Origin: Bacillales bacterium
GTDB taxonomy: Bacteria; Bacillota; Bacilli; Bacillales; DASSOY01
Direction: 5' to 3'
DNA: 64,000 nt
NCBI GenBank assembly: GCA_035700025.1
Contig: DASSOY010000028.1
Span: 3,606 to 67,605, forward strand
Under the pieces are notes generated by a model that had not been told where the DNA came from, searched no databases, and saw only the letters and a program-made list of their open reading frames with translations. A program made the position numbers and the translations under genes. Shown piece after piece: positions 1-9,855 of this stretch. Each line of letters opens with the position of its first letter. Positions within the stretch are counted from its first letter, which is position 1.

Positions 1-790
1 TCATTATCACCTGCAGCCACCACCGTATCGTCCGCTTTAAGACCCACGGTATGCGCACAACCCGCCGCGATCGCTGCAATATCGCGCCAATGATCTACAT
101 TACATTGCCCGTACTCATTCCAACCTGCAGCGACCACCGTGCCATCCGATTTTAACCCGACGGTGTGTTTACTCCCTGCTTTTATCGACACAATATCGCG
201 CCAACCGCTAACGTCGCATTGGTTATGCTTATTGATACCGACAGCTGTCGCTGTTCCGTCCGATTTCAGGCCAACGGTATGAAGGTAACCCGCGGATACG
301 GCCGCTATGTCGTGCCAATCACCCACATTGCATTGCCCATACCGATTATTTCCCGCAGCCGCGACCGTGCCATCCATTTTTAAACCGATGGTATGCCAGT
401 CACCCGCCGCAATCGCTGCAATCTCACTCCAATCACCTACATTGCATTGGCCTTCATTATTTCGCCCCGCAGCAACCACGGTTCCATCGGATTTCAACCC
501 AATGGAACGCCGCCAACCCGCTGCAATGGCGGCAAGATCACACCAATCACTTACCTCGCATTCGCCATGGTTATTCCAACCGACAGCTGTGGCCGTGCCG
601 TCCGATTTTAATCCGATGGTATGAGCGTTACCCGTGTTTCTCGCCATGTGGACACTGCCCGCTGCGATCGCAATCATATCGTGCCAGCCGTTGACCTCGC
701 ATTGACCAGATTTGTTGTCCCCCGCAGCCATTACCGTACCGTCCGATTTTAACCCAACGGTATGTCTTCGTCCCGCCGCTATCGTAGCTT
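1..790 (-). repeat. About seven imperfect tandem ~114-bp coding repeats (the RCC1-like blades)
   Basis: Recurrent DNA blocks such as ccgatttt/taa[ac]cc..acggt..gc.gc..ccgc.gc.atcgc.gcaat visible at roughly 114-bp spacing. They coincide with the protein repeat. Confidence 0.75.
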
Positions 791-842
791 TCGGCCACTT
801 TTTCAGCTGTAAGGCCGGTTCTGTCGGTGAATTGTGATCCAT
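1..842 (-). CDS. RCC1-like (beta-propeller repeat) protein; start codon in window, 3' end runs off the left edge
   Basis: Absent from the ORF track because no stop lies in the window. The minus-strand frame is open from ATG 842 (AGGGGG RBS 6 nt upstream) to position 1: MDHNSPTEPALQLKKWPKATIAAGRRHTVGLKSDGTVMAAGDNKSGQCEVNGWHDM... At least 7 tandem ~38-aa units of the form HT[VI]GLKSDGT-x-AAG-x-N-xx-GQC-x-V-xx-W-x-DI-x-AIAAG. Confidence 0.8.
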   Translation of the reverse strand, partial: MDHNSPTEPALQLKKWPKATIAAGRRHTVGLKSDGTVMAAGDNKSGQCEVNGWHDMIAIAAGSVHMARNTGNAHTIGLKSDGTATAVGWNNHGECEVSDWCDLAAIAAGWRRSIGLKSDGTVVAAGRNNEGQCNVGDWSEIAAIAAGDWHTIGLKMDGTVAAAGNNRYGQCNVGDWHDIAAVSAGYLHTVGLKSDGTATAVGINKHNQCDVSGWRDIVSIKAGSKHTVGLKSDGTVVAAGWNEYGQCNVDHWRDIAAIAAGCAHTVGLKADDTVVAAGDN

Positions 843-864
843 AATTTGCCCCCTGCATGAACTT

Positions 865-1335
865 TTACTGATATTTGCTTAATATTTCTTGCGGAATATG
901 ACAGTAATCATTAGGGTATTTGGCTAATCGATCTTGATGTTCTTCTGCACTTCTCACATTGTTTGTCAGGGGTAAGACTTCGACAACAATACGGTCACGA
1001 TCGGGTCTCTCACGAATAAACGCCTTCGCCTCTTCCAAATGTTTAGGCTCTTCACTATACACGCCTGTTCTGTATTTCTCACCGACATCCTGTCCTTGCT
1101 TATTCAAACTATAAGGATCAATGATTTCAAAGAAATAGCCCATTAACTCCGTGATCGTTACACGGCTTGGATCGAATCCTGTTTTGACACACTCAGCATA
1201 GCCGTCATAGTCTCCATCGAGTGTATGACTCGTTCCATTCGCTCTTCCCGCTTCTGTGAACTCAACACCCGGTAACGATTTTATAAAAGCTTGTACTCCC
1301 CATAGGCATCCACCCGCGAAATATACGACTTCCAT
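865..1335 (-). CDS. msrA: Peptide methionine (S)-sulfoxide reductase MsrA
   Basis: ORF 865..1389 trimmed to ATG 1335, which follows an AAAAGGAG RBS. MEVVYFAGGCLWGVQ... carries the G-C-x-W-G active-site motif. Length ~156 aa. Confidence 0.9.
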   Translation of the reverse strand: MEVVYFAGGCLWGVQAFIKSLPGVEFTEAGRANGTSHTLDGDYDGYAECVKTGFDPSRVTITELMGYFFEIIDPYSLNKQGQDVGEKYRTGVYSEEPKHLEEAKAFIRERPDRDRIVVEVLPLTNNVRSAEEHQDRLAKYPNDYCHIPQEILSKYQ

Positions 1336-1385
1336 GTTGGGTCTCCTTTTTGCTGAAATATAAAAATGAAATAGAAAAACAGCAG

Positions 1386-1865
1386 TCACTTATGATAAGG
1401 CTCCCCCCGTTTAATCTTAAAAGCCCGGTACACCTGCTCAATCAAAATCAACCGCATCAATTGATGCGGGAAAGTCAGCTTCGAAAAAGACAGCTTCATG
1501 TCGGCACGTTGCAAAACGGCGTCGCTTAGGCCGAGGGAGCCGCCGATGACGAAGACGATTTTGCTGCGGCCGTAGGTGGCGAGTTCGTCGAGTTTGGCGG
1601 CGAATTGCTCGGAAGTGAGCGGTTTGCCATCGAGGGAGAGGGCGATGACGTAGGCGTCGTTCGGAATTTTTATCAACAGGCGCTCGCCTTCGGCTTGTTT
1701 CACGAGTTCGGCTTCGGCTTCGCTCATGGACTCGGGGGCTTTTTCATCGGGAACTTCGATGAAGTCAAGCCTGGCAAAGGGTTTGAGCCGCTTCTCATAT
1801 TCCGCGATTCCTTGCCGCAAATGCTTTTCTTTCAATTTGCCTACGCAGGCGATCGTGATATTCAT
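1386..1865 (-). CDS. rlmH: 23S rRNA (pseudouridine1915-N3)-methyltransferase RlmH (SPOUT family)
   Basis: 159 aa, [27 protein letters not shown]...PYHK. Conserved position (B. subtilis yydA). Confidence 0.93.
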   Translation of the reverse strand: MNITIACVGKLKEKHLRQGIAEYEKRLKPFARLDFIEVPDEKAPESMSEAEAELVKQAEGERLLIKIPNDAYVIALSLDGKPLTSEQFAAKLDELATYGRSKIVFVIGGSLGLSDAVLQRADMKLSFSKLTFPHQLMRLILIEQVYRAFKIKRGEPYHK

Positions 1866-1868
1866 AAG

Positions 1869-1959
1869 TTATCCACTCCTATAAACAGGCTGTCCACAAT
1901 GGTTATCCACATATACACATGGATGTCCACATGTCGTGGCAGAACATGGGTTTGTCACA
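1869..1959. promoter_or_regulatory. DnaA-box cluster upstream of rlmH (between rlmH and htrC)
   Basis: TTATCCACT 1869-1877, CTGTCCACA 1890-1898, perfect TTATCCACA 1903-1911, ATATACACA 1911-1919, ATGTCCACA 1923-1931, TTTGTCACA 1951-1959. All are in the same orientation. Confidence 0.7.
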
Positions 1960-2017
1960 ATATACGGAATTCCTTGGCAAAAAACAGGCCGGAGAGAGTC
2001 TCTCCGGCATGACACGT

Positions 2018-3226
2018 TTAGCTTGATTGCCCCAACTTGACGGTAACGGTCATCTTGTTGCCGTTTCGGTAGACGTCGAATTTCACTTCGTCGCCTGGCT
2101 GGAGTTTCGTGTACAAGTAATGCTTGAATTGTAAAGCGTTCTCGATCTTATGGCCGTTGATCGTGACGATCACGTCTTCTGGTTTCAATCCTGCTTTGTC
2201 TGCCGGACCTCCCGGTTGAATAGCACGAACAACGAGTCCGCGGTTCACATCATCCGGCAAATTGAACAATTTCTTGCGGTACGCATCCGGAAAATCAGAC
2301 AACGGTCGATAGTAGATGCCAATATACGGACGAACAACCTTTCCGTATTTCTCGATTTCAGCAATGATCGGTTTCACCGAATTGATCGGAATCGCAAATC
2401 CGATGCCTTCCACTGACGTTTCGGAAATTTTCATCGAGTTGATGCCGACGACTTGGCCGGCAAGGTTGATCAAGGCTCCCCCGCTGTTGCCGGGATTGAT
2501 TGCTGCATCCGTCTGAATGACTTCGGCGCTCCAATCCGGCTCCCCGTCACCGTCGACGTCTCTAGGAACGGTGCGGTTTTTCGAACTGACAATGCCCATC
2601 GTTACCGTTCCGGAGAACCCAAGCGGATTGCCGATGGCAATGACCGGTTCCGCGCGTTCCAATCCATCGGAATCGCCAAGTTCTGCCACCGTGCTTACCT
2701 TATCCGCATCCACAGTAAGTACGGCAAGGTCCATGACCGGATCTCTGCCGATCAAGTTCGCCGGAATCGTTTTACTGTTCTTCAAGCTCACTTCCAACTT
2801 TGTGGCGCCTTCCACGACATGGTTGTTCGTTACGATGTATGCTTTGCCGTCCTCTTTCTTATAAACGACCCCGGAACCGAGACCTTCCGGCTGCGCTTGT
2901 TGCTGGGCGAAGAAATCGCCGCTTTGGAAGTTAATGACGCCGACGACCGCGTCGGAAACTTTGTCGACCGCCTTTTCAGCGGCGGTGTTCACGTCTACGT
3001 TGATGGTTTTGTTCACCGTCGGCGCCGGTTGTTGATCCTTTTGTTCGGGCGTGACGTTCGCAGAGTCGGGATTCATGATGCCGATCGCCGGAAAGAGAAA
3101 TGCCGAGATCAATACGCCGATGATGGCTCCGAGCAGCCCAGCGAAAAACCAGCCGCCGCGTCCGCCTTTTCGCGTCCCCCGACCGCCGGATTCGTTTCGT
3201 TCATAGTCTTGATCATAATAACCCAC
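2018..3226 (-). CDS. htrC: HtrA-family membrane-anchored serine protease with PDZ domain (HtrC/YyxA-like)
   Basis: N-terminal TM (WFFAGLLGAIIGVLISAFLF), a trypsin-like core with the GNSGGALIN Ser motif, and a C-terminal PDZ. Lies directly downstream of walJ. Start set at GTG 3226 (MGYYDQDYE) because GTG 3235 lies inside the GGAAAGGTGA RBS. Confidence 0.87.
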   Translation of the reverse strand: MGYYDQDYERNESGGRGTRKGGRGGWFFAGLLGAIIGVLISAFLFPAIGIMNPDSANVTPEQKDQQPAPTVNKTINVDVNTAAEKAVDKVSDAVVGVINFQSGDFFAQQQAQPEGLGSGVVYKKEDGKAYIVTNNHVVEGATKLEVSLKNSKTIPANLIGRDPVMDLAVLTVDADKVSTVAELGDSDGLERAEPVIAIGNPLGFSGTVTMGIVSSKNRTVPRDVDGDGEPDWSAEVIQTDAAINPGNSGGALINLAGQVVGINSMKISETSVEGIGFAIPINSVKPIIAEIEKYGKVVRPYIGIYYRPLSDFPDAYRKKLFNLPDDVNRGLVVRAIQPGGPADKAGLKPEDVIVTINGHKIENALQFKHYLYTKLQPGDEVKFDVYRNGNKMTVTVKLGQSS

Positions 3227-3364
3227 TGCTGTCACCTTTCCTTTCCATAACGTGCTGTCTGTATTATAGCGGATTTCTCTCCGTCAGCCGCTGAATGTGG
3301 GGAGATTTTCACATCTTTCATCCTATTACTACATTCCCCCAAATCGATGGCCCTAAACGGAGCT

Positions 3365-4159
3365 TTATACGGCATCCAGTTCTGTCGGTACAGCCGGGTC
3401 GGTATCGAATAAGCGAAGCGATCGTCCGACCTCGATGCCTCTTTCCCGCAACTTTTGCTCGACAGACATGCGGGCGAGCTCTTTCATGTTATTATCCTTG
3501 CTCAAGTGCGCAAGATAGACTTTATTCGTCTGGTCGCCGATCACCTCGGCGAGGGCTTCGGCCGAATCTTCGTTCGAAATGTGCCCAAGATCCCCGAGAA
3601 TGCGTCTCTTGACGTTCCACGGATATTTGCCCGACATGAGCATGTTAATATCGTGATTCGCTTCAAAAATAAAACTGTCCGCGTTTCTCACCGTGCCTTT
3701 GATGCGATCGGAAACATAACCGAGATCGGTCGCCAGTGCCAGTTTGCGCCCTTCATGGTGAAAGACGAAAAACATCGGTTCGGCCGCGTCATGAGAGACG
3801 CCGAACGATTCGACGTCTATGTCGCCGAAAGTATGTACGGTTTCCGTGTTAAAAATGAATTTTTGTCCGGTGTCGACGTCGCCAATCGCGTCTTTCATGG
3901 CGTTCCAAGTTTTTTCATTTGCGTAGATCGGCAATTGGAAGCGTCTGGCCACGACGCCGAGTCCTTTCACGTGATCACTGTGCTCGTGCGTGACCAGAAT
4001 GCCGTCCAATGTTTCCGGTTTGCAGTCAATTTGTGCCAGCAGCTCGGTTATTTTTTTACCGCTTAATCCGCAGTCGATGAGCAACCGCTGCTTGTCCGAT
4101 TCCACGTATACGGCGTTCCCCGTACTTCCGCTCGCCAGCACACTGAATCTCAACCCCAT
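3365..4159 (-). CDS. walJ: MBL-fold metallo-hydrolase WalJ (YycJ)
   Basis: 264 aa with the HEHSDH metallo-beta-lactamase motif. Last gene of the wal operon. Confidence 0.9.
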   Translation of the reverse strand: MGLRFSVLASGSTGNAVYVESDKQRLLIDCGLSGKKITELLAQIDCKPETLDGILVTHEHSDHVKGLGVVARRFQLPIYANEKTWNAMKDAIGDVDTGQKFIFNTETVHTFGDIDVESFGVSHDAAEPMFFVFHHEGRKLALATDLGYVSDRIKGTVRNADSFIFEANHDINMLMSGKYPWNVKRRILGDLGHISNEDSAEALAEVIGDQTNKVYLAHLSKDNNMKELARMSVEQKLRERGIEVGRSLRLFDTDPAVPTELDAV

Positions 4160-4163
4160 CGTT

Positions 4164-5117
4164 TCACCCCGCCGTTTCGTCTTCTTGATCGGGAACTTGT
4201 ATCGCTCCGTTAACGGCGTTGACGAAATACCATCTCGCCTTCTTCCCTGGACTAGGCATTACCTTCACATGCCAGTACGGAGCAAAAATTTTGGTGTCCC
4301 GATTCGCTTCTAATCCATTGTAATAACTCAACTCGACGTCTTCAACCTCACCGCCGGTCGAAATGTAATTATGATTGAACAATGCGTAGATCGCATTGAT
4401 CGGGGAAAGGATCATTTTCTTCCCTGCGCTGTTTTCGATAGGGGTAATTTTCAAGTACGTTTGTTTATAATCCGTGATTTGACCGTTCGCATGAAAAAGT
4501 CGCAATGCCCCATTTTCAAAGGTGCTTTTCGCAAACACCGGATGATCCTTGTAACTTTGCACCAAAATGTACATTCCCGTTGACTCGTCCGTTTTCCAAT
4601 ACCGGTATTCGCCCCCTTGATACACATAGGTTTTCAGAAACGTGGCGAGCTCCGAAGAAAAAGTTTCGGAAGAAGGCTCGGATATGGCAAACGGCTTTAA
4701 CAATTTAACAAAGATTTCCGCTTTATCGTTTCCTTGTCGAATGACCTGAACTTTCTTCCCTTCGATAAACTGCAAATCCCGTGCAAAAGGTTTTAATCGC
4801 GGTTGATTGATCTTCCCCTTGCCGCCTTTGTTGTCCTTTCCGCCATCCGGCGAGGGTTGCCCTTGATCATTCGGAACCGGAGTATCCTCGAAAAACGACA
4901 CAAGTTCCCCTTTAATGTAGCTGGCTTCCTTGATTTGCGGAAGTTCCTCCGGATGGTACGTAATATTTTGATACTTCAGTTCGTCCTTCGCCGATTGTCC
5001 GTTCGAATCCTGTACCGGAATCGTAAATTGTCTTGCCTCATACAACCGAAAGCCAAGAAACAAGTCCAGGGCGAGGAAGGCGACGAGAAAAATCATTTTC
5101 GTGCGGCTCCAATTCAT
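4164..5117 (-). CDS. walI: WalK-regulatory membrane protein YycI (WalI)
   Basis: [23 protein letters not shown]... single N-terminal TM. ATGA overlap with the walH stop. Conserved position. Confidence 0.85.
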   Translation of the reverse strand: MNWSRTKMIFLVAFLALDLFLGFRLYEARQFTIPVQDSNGQSAKDELKYQNITYHPEELPQIKEASYIKGELVSFFEDTPVPNDQGQPSPDGGKDNKGGKGKINQPRLKPFARDLQFIEGKKVQVIRQGNDKAEIFVKLLKPFAISEPSSETFSSELATFLKTYVYQGGEYRYWKTDESTGMYILVQSYKDHPVFAKSTFENGALRLFHANGQITDYKQTYLKITPIENSAGKKMILSPINAIYALFNHNYISTGGEVEDVELSYYNGLEANRDTKIFAPYWHVKVMPSPGKKARWYFVNAVNGAIQVPDQEDETAG

Positions 5118-6523
5118 TCATCGCCCCTCCTTTCTTGCTCCTCGTTCTTTTTCAACAAATCGTCGATCGTTTGCCATCTCCCGTCATAGCGAACGAACCA
5201 TTTCGGCGAGAATCGAATCGTCATCGCGTCCGGCGGATAATCCATATAATAGCCGACGGTCACGGCCGAAAGCTTCTCCAAATCCAAATCGGAACTTTCC
5301 AGCCGTTCCCACACCTGTTCGCCCGAGGGAAGTTCGACTTCCTTCTCGTCCAAAGGATTTTTGTCGAAGTTGATTTGAGATCTTCTGTATTCATCGATAT
5401 CTCCGTTGACGAAAGAAACCGACAGCGTAACTGGATCAAAGCCAATCATCGATCCGCTGAAAACCGGCAGCGCCTTTCCAGACGCCATCGCGATCAACAA
5501 TCGATAAACCACTTTCCCTTCCGCCACCGACACTTTTTCTTCCGGTTGCGAAAGGTTCATGTGAAACAACATGTAATCGTCCGTCCAACCATTATGACTG
5601 TTAATGTAGTCAAAGCTTTTCTGGATGATCGATTGGTCGTCCTTCGAACTGTTGCTTTTCGGTTGGTTCGTCCCGTGCAGCGTAATGATATGGTTCTTGA
5701 CGATCATCACTTGAGCGTTCGACGTATAGACGTTTCCTTGGTGATCGACAATGTCCGGATACGTAAACAAAGCTCGCTTGAAATCTTCGTCCGGTATCCA
5801 CCCGCCGTCTTGGCCGTCGCGGACATAACTCACTTGCGCAACTTTCGGATGCATCGGAAAATACAGCTCGCGGCCGTCGACCTTGACTTCCACATATTCG
5901 TCGCTGTTTTGAAACAGGTCTGAGAGATCTCCAAACGATATGCGATTCAATCGCGCGCGGGCGACTGTTTTATTCCCTTTTTTGAAAAATACTTTTAAAT
6001 ACGACGCATCTTGTTTCGATATATTGTAAATCACCATGCGATCAAAGTATAGTTCGGGGCCGTCGGCAATGTTGCTTTTCCGTTCGTCACGCGTTTCGGA
6101 AAGGTTGGCAAGCACGATCTTCCCGAACAAGTTCGTCGGAATCACGGATGGAAAAACGAGGGCAATGTGATCCCTGTCCGGTTCTTGCCAATTCGTTTTT
6201 TCTTTAATCGTCAAATTCGTAATCGCTTGCGGATACGGTTCAAAGTTGGTGAATACAGCATTTCTCACTTTTTCGTATACTTTGTCTACGCCCGTTCCGA
6301 TCGACACGCCGTAATGTTTAGTGTCTTTATGATAGACCGCTTCGATTGGTTGCACGACGTCGGCGACATTTCGTTTGCCGTCCTCAACGAGCGCCGAATT
6401 GATCGGCTCCGTGTTTTCAGTCGTGCGGTATTGAAACTGGTACGTCCACAAATTCCACGTAAGAACGAAGCTCAAGCCGACGAGCAAGGTGAGCAGCAAC
6501 GATTTAAACCCTTCCCAGCTCAT
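5114..6523 (-). CDS. walH: WalK-regulatory membrane protein YycH (WalH)
   Basis: Start set at ATG 6523 (MSWEGFKSLLLTLLVGLSFVLTWNLW), 6 nt after AAAGGAGGTG. The track start at 6532 is a GTG inside that RBS. N-terminal TM and conserved position. Confidence 0.85.
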   Translation of the reverse strand: MSWEGFKSLLLTLLVGLSFVLTWNLWTYQFQYRTTENTEPINSALVEDGKRNVADVVQPIEAVYHKDTKHYGVSIGTGVDKVYEKVRNAVFTNFEPYPQAITNLTIKEKTNWQEPDRDHIALVFPSVIPTNLFGKIVLANLSETRDERKSNIADGPELYFDRMVIYNISKQDASYLKVFFKKGNKTVARARLNRISFGDLSDLFQNSDEYVEVKVDGRELYFPMHPKVAQVSYVRDGQDGGWIPDEDFKRALFTYPDIVDHQGNVYTSNAQVMIVKNHIITLHGTNQPKSNSSKDDQSIIQKSFDYINSHNGWTDDYMLFHMNLSQPEEKVSVAEGKVVYRLLIAMASGKALPVFSGSMIGFDPVTLSVSFVNGDIDEYRRSQINFDKNPLDEKEVELPSGEQVWERLESSDLDLEKLSAVTVGYYMDYPPDAMTIRFSPKWFVRYDGRWQTIDDLLKKNEEQERRGDE

Positions 6524-8363
6524 AGACGGCACCTCCTTTCTTTTCTTTTACCGGTAAGGTCAAGTGAAAGGAGGTTCCCACGTTCCATTCGCTTTCCGCC
6601 CAAACTTCTCCGCCGTGAGCATGGATCATTTCCCTGGCGATCGCCAAACCGAGGCCGGTTCCGCCGAGCTGGCGCGAACGGGCTTTATCGACGCGGTAAA
6701 ACCTTTCAAATATTTTCGTCGTTTTCGATTTCGGAATTCCGACGCCTTCATCGCTGATCGTTATATGCAAATGATGCTGCAGCCGCCTCAGCTGGAAAGT
6801 CACCGTACCGCCGTTCGGCGAATACTTCAACGCATTCGAGATAATGTTGTCAAGCACTTGCGTCATCTTGTCAACATCGATGGTCGCATACACTTTCCGG
6901 TTCGGCAGCTTTCGGACGAATTGAATATTTTCTTTCTTCGTCATTTCAAAACGATCGATTATTTGGTGGAAAAACTCGACGAAATCGACGCGGTTCAGTT
7001 CCAGTTTTGGATCTTTTGCGTCCATTCTCGACAGTTTCAACAAATCATTGACGAGCCGAATCATCCGGTCGGTCTCGTTTTGCGCAGTGGCGATGAACTT
7101 CGGCGCGATTTCGGGATCCTCGACCGCCCCTTCGCTCAACGCTTCCAAATAACTTTTCATCGTTGTCAGCGGCGTCCGCAATTCATGCGAGACGTTCGAA
7201 ACGAATTCGCGTCGGTCTTGTTCGATTTGTTCCTGTTCAGTCACGTCGTGCAAGACGACGATCACGCCGTTGAACGGCCCTTCTTCTTTTTGGATCATCG
7301 AGAAATTCGCACGCAAAATATACTTTTGTTCCTCGTCGCTTAAATCGATGAGCCTCGAGGTGATGTTTTCATCCAAGCCTTCCCATGAGATCGTGTCCTC
7401 CAGCTTCAGCAACGAAAGAATCGGCATGCCAAAGACATTCTGCCTGTAAACGTTCAACATTTCTTCAGCACGATTGTTCATAAGCACGATATTGCCGTTT
7501 CGGTCCGTGGCAATCACGCCGTCGGTCATGTACGACAACACCGAGCGCAGTTTCTTTCGTTCTGCCTCCGTTGTTTCGTTCGCATTTTTCAACCGAGTCG
7601 TCATTTGATTGAATGCGGTCGCCAATTGCCCGATTTCGTCGTAGCCGTATACTTTGACTTTCTGCGTAAAATCCCCGTGCGCAATTTGCAAGGCATGCTT
7701 TCTCATCGCCGACACCGGCTGTGTGATCGTCCTCGACAAAAATACGCCAATCGCCGCAGTGGTAACGAGCGAAAGGACAATCCCGACCTCGAAAATATGA
7801 ATGATATCCGAAATTTGTTTATAAAGATCTTCCATCGGCGCCTTGATCAAGATGACACCGAGAATTTCGCCCGAGTTGTTGTTCGGGTACAGTTGAACCG
7901 GCGAGGCATAAACATACATTCGTTTGTTCGAAGCCGTCCGAACCTCCATGTGCTGCGGATCACCAAGCAACAAGGCCTGTTGAACGAGTTGAGTTTCGGA
8001 AGTTCTCCTGCCGACGATATGATCGCGATTGTACGTGTTCGACGTTCCGAGCACGACCTGATTATCAGCGGAAATCACTTGCACGACTTGATCCAAGTTC
8101 TTGTTCGTGTTGGATAAGATGTTGCTCAAACTGTCCTGCAGCTCCCGGTTGTTGCTCAAGGAAGCATCTTTAATCAATTCAGCAACGGTAGGGCTCAACG
8201 TCGAAGCTTGATTTTCAATGGACGTCTTGAAATTCTCGCGTAATTCCTTGCCAAGCGTGCTTATAAAATAAACCCCGATCACCTGCATCGCCAGCAAGAG
8301 CAACAACACATAAACGAGCGCGATTTTGAAATGAATCGATCGGAAAAACCCGACTTTTTGCAT
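6504..8363 (-). CDS. walK: Essential cell-wall sensor histidine kinase WalK (YycG)
   Basis: MQKVGFFRSIHFKIALVYVLL..., two TMs, HAMP/PAS, H-box SHELRTPLTT and the ATPase G-boxes (GGTGLGLAI). Confidence 0.95.
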   Translation of the reverse strand: MQKVGFFRSIHFKIALVYVLLLLLAMQVIGVYFISTLGKELRENFKTSIENQASTLSPTVAELIKDASLSNNRELQDSLSNILSNTNKNLDQVVQVISADNQVVLGTSNTYNRDHIVGRRTSETQLVQQALLLGDPQHMEVRTASNKRMYVYASPVQLYPNNNSGEILGVILIKAPMEDLYKQISDIIHIFEVGIVLSLVTTAAIGVFLSRTITQPVSAMRKHALQIAHGDFTQKVKVYGYDEIGQLATAFNQMTTRLKNANETTEAERKKLRSVLSYMTDGVIATDRNGNIVLMNNRAEEMLNVYRQNVFGMPILSLLKLEDTISWEGLDENITSRLIDLSDEEQKYILRANFSMIQKEEGPFNGVIVVLHDVTEQEQIEQDRREFVSNVSHELRTPLTTMKSYLEALSEGAVEDPEIAPKFIATAQNETDRMIRLVNDLLKLSRMDAKDPKLELNRVDFVEFFHQIIDRFEMTKKENIQFVRKLPNRKVYATIDVDKMTQVLDNIISNALKYSPNGGTVTFQLRRLQHHLHITISDEGVGIPKSKTTKIFERFYRVDKARSRQLGGTGLGLAIAREMIHAHGGEVWAESEWNVGTSFHLTLPVKEKKGGAVYELGRV

Positions 8364-8369
8364 GTGGAA

Positions 8370-9074
8370 CTACTCCTGTTCCGGATTTCGCAAATAATAC
8401 CCTACGCCGCGGCGCGTGACGATCCACGCCGGCCGGGACGGATTGTCTTCGACTTTCTCGCGGAGGCGGCGAACCGTTACGTCGACGGTCCGGACGTCCC
8501 CGAAATAATCGTAACCCCACACGGTTTGCAGTAAATGCTCCCGCGTCATGACCTGGCCGAGGTGCTTCGCCAAATAATGCAGCAATTCAAACTCGCGGTG
8601 CGTAAGCTCGATCGACTCCCCTCGCTTCGTCACGAGATAAGCGTCTGGATGAATCGAAAGGTCGCCGATGACAATTTCGCTCATTTCGTTCGGACTCTTC
8701 TCGGCTTCCTGCTGATGGCGGCGCATGTTCGCTTTCACCCGCGCGATCAATTCACGGGCACTGAACGGCTTCGTCACATAATCATCTGCGCCGAGCTCAA
8801 GACCCAGTACCTTGTCAATCTCCGAATCTTTTGCCGTCAACATAATGATCGGCATTTCATGTGTCTTGCGAATCTCACGGCATACTTCCATGCCGTCCCG
8901 GTTCGGAAGCATAATGTCGAGCAAAATCAAGTCGAACTTTTGCTGCTCAACCTTTTCAAGCGCTTCGTCTCCGTCATAGGCACACGTCACCGAGTACCCT
9001 TCTTTTTCTAAGTTAAATTGCAAAATATCCGCAATCGGTTTTTCATCATCTACGACAAGTACGCGTTTTTCCAT
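8370..9074 (-). CDS. walR: OmpR-family response regulator WalR (YycF)
   Basis: [27 protein letters not shown]..., receiver domain plus winged helix (RRGVGYYL). Confidence 0.96.
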   Translation of the reverse strand: MEKRVLVVDDEKPIADILQFNLEKEGYSVTCAYDGDEALEKVEQQKFDLILLDIMLPNRDGMEVCREIRKTHEMPIIMLTAKDSEIDKVLGLELGADDYVTKPFSARELIARVKANMRRHQQEAEKSPNEMSEIVIGDLSIHPDAYLVTKRGESIELTHREFELLHYLAKHLGQVMTREHLLQTVWGYDYFGDVRTVDVTVRRLREKVEDNPSRPAWIVTRRGVGYYLRNPEQE

Positions 9075-9173
9075 ACAACACGCCTCACTTTCGCTTTTAT
9101 CTCTCCTATTTTATCATATTAAGGAAAAGCTTTAAATCTAAGCCTCGCGAAGGGAAAAATCAACCATTTTCCA

Positions 9174-9200
9174 TAAAAAAATCCCGGGCTTTCTCCCGGG
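9174..9200 (-). terminator. Rho-independent terminator ending the ABC/membrane operon
   Basis: Minus strand reads CCCGGGAGAAAGCCCGGG followed by ATTTTTTTA, 14 nt after the stop at 9214. Confidence 0.8.
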
Positions 9201-9213
9201 CGAAAATGATGCG

Positions 9214-9855
9214 CTAGTCAATCCGTTTCAATTGAATCACGACATGGTCATATTCGTTGAACAGCGATTTGTGAATTTCCAGCAAATCTCCTTTTTTCAA
9301 CACAATGGTATAACTGCTTTTATTTATAAAGGAATAGGCACTGCGCGCCGTTTCTTCGTAACCGGGCATGATTTTTATCAATGGCTTTTGATCCAGTTTC
9401 TCCCCGGCTTTGTTCGTGCAGCTCAATTTATATGTTCCTGCGCGAATCTGCTCACCAATTTTATAAAATCCGGAATGGTGGATCATGTATGTATCATTTG
9501 CCTTGATCGAAAGCGGTTCGTATGTGGCGGGCAGCAATTGAACCGTCCCTTTGCCCTCGATCAACACATGCGTGTTTTTCTTTAAATGCCACCCAAGCAG
9601 CTGGTCCGCTTCCGAAAGCTGCACTTTATCGAACGCCGGTTTTCCTTCAAGCGCTTTAATGTCATAGAACCCCGGTTTGACTGATTCATTTTTTCCAACC
9701 AAATAATCCCCTGGCCTTAACAGCACAGGCTTAGACAAATCGACAGCCGCCTTTGGATGAATCAGATCCATGAGCGGGTTGTAAATGGTTTTCAAGAGAA
9801 CAACGGAAAACAGACCGGCAAGCAGAACGAACCCGATGCCTTGCATTTTATTCAT
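9214..9855 (-). CDS. Hypothetical N-terminally membrane-anchored extracytoplasmic protein (last gene of the ABC/membrane operon)
   Basis: 213 aa. TM GIGFVLLAGLFSVVLL. Two G-x-Y-x-[VI]-G...[PA]-G-x-Y motifs (PGDYLVGKNESVKPGFYDI, SGFYKIGEQIRAGTYKL). Overlaps the ATPase stop by 8 nt. Confidence 0.7.
   Translation of the reverse strand: MNKMQGIGFVLLAGLFSVVLLKTIYNPLMDLIHPKAAVDLSKPVLLRPGDYLVGKNESVKPGFYDIKALEGKPAFDKVQLSEADQLLGWHLKKNTHVLIEGKGTVQLLPATYEPLSIKANDTYMIHHSGFYKIGEQIRAGTYKLSCTNKAGEKLDQKPLIKIMPGYEETARSAYSFINKSSYTIVLKKGDLLEIHKSLFNEYDHVVIQLKRID

Noticed and set aside
165-624. Plus-strand track ORFs 165..383, 307..624 and 393..611
   Set aside because: They lie antisense to, or out of frame with, the clearly periodic RCC1-like repeat ORF on the minus strand. 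Their translations are low-complexity and they have no RBS. They are artefacts of the repeat.
1-790. Tandem ~114-bp repeats as a possible CRISPR array or satellite
   Set aside because: The repeats are imperfect, contiguous with no unique spacers, and translate into a protein repeat in one open frame. There are no cas genes in the window.
628-858. Minus-strand track ORF 628..858 (76 aa)
   Set aside because: It is in the wrong frame. The frame starting at ATG 842 gives the repeat protein and stays open to the window edge, whereas the 858 frame yields non-repeat sequence and stops at 628.
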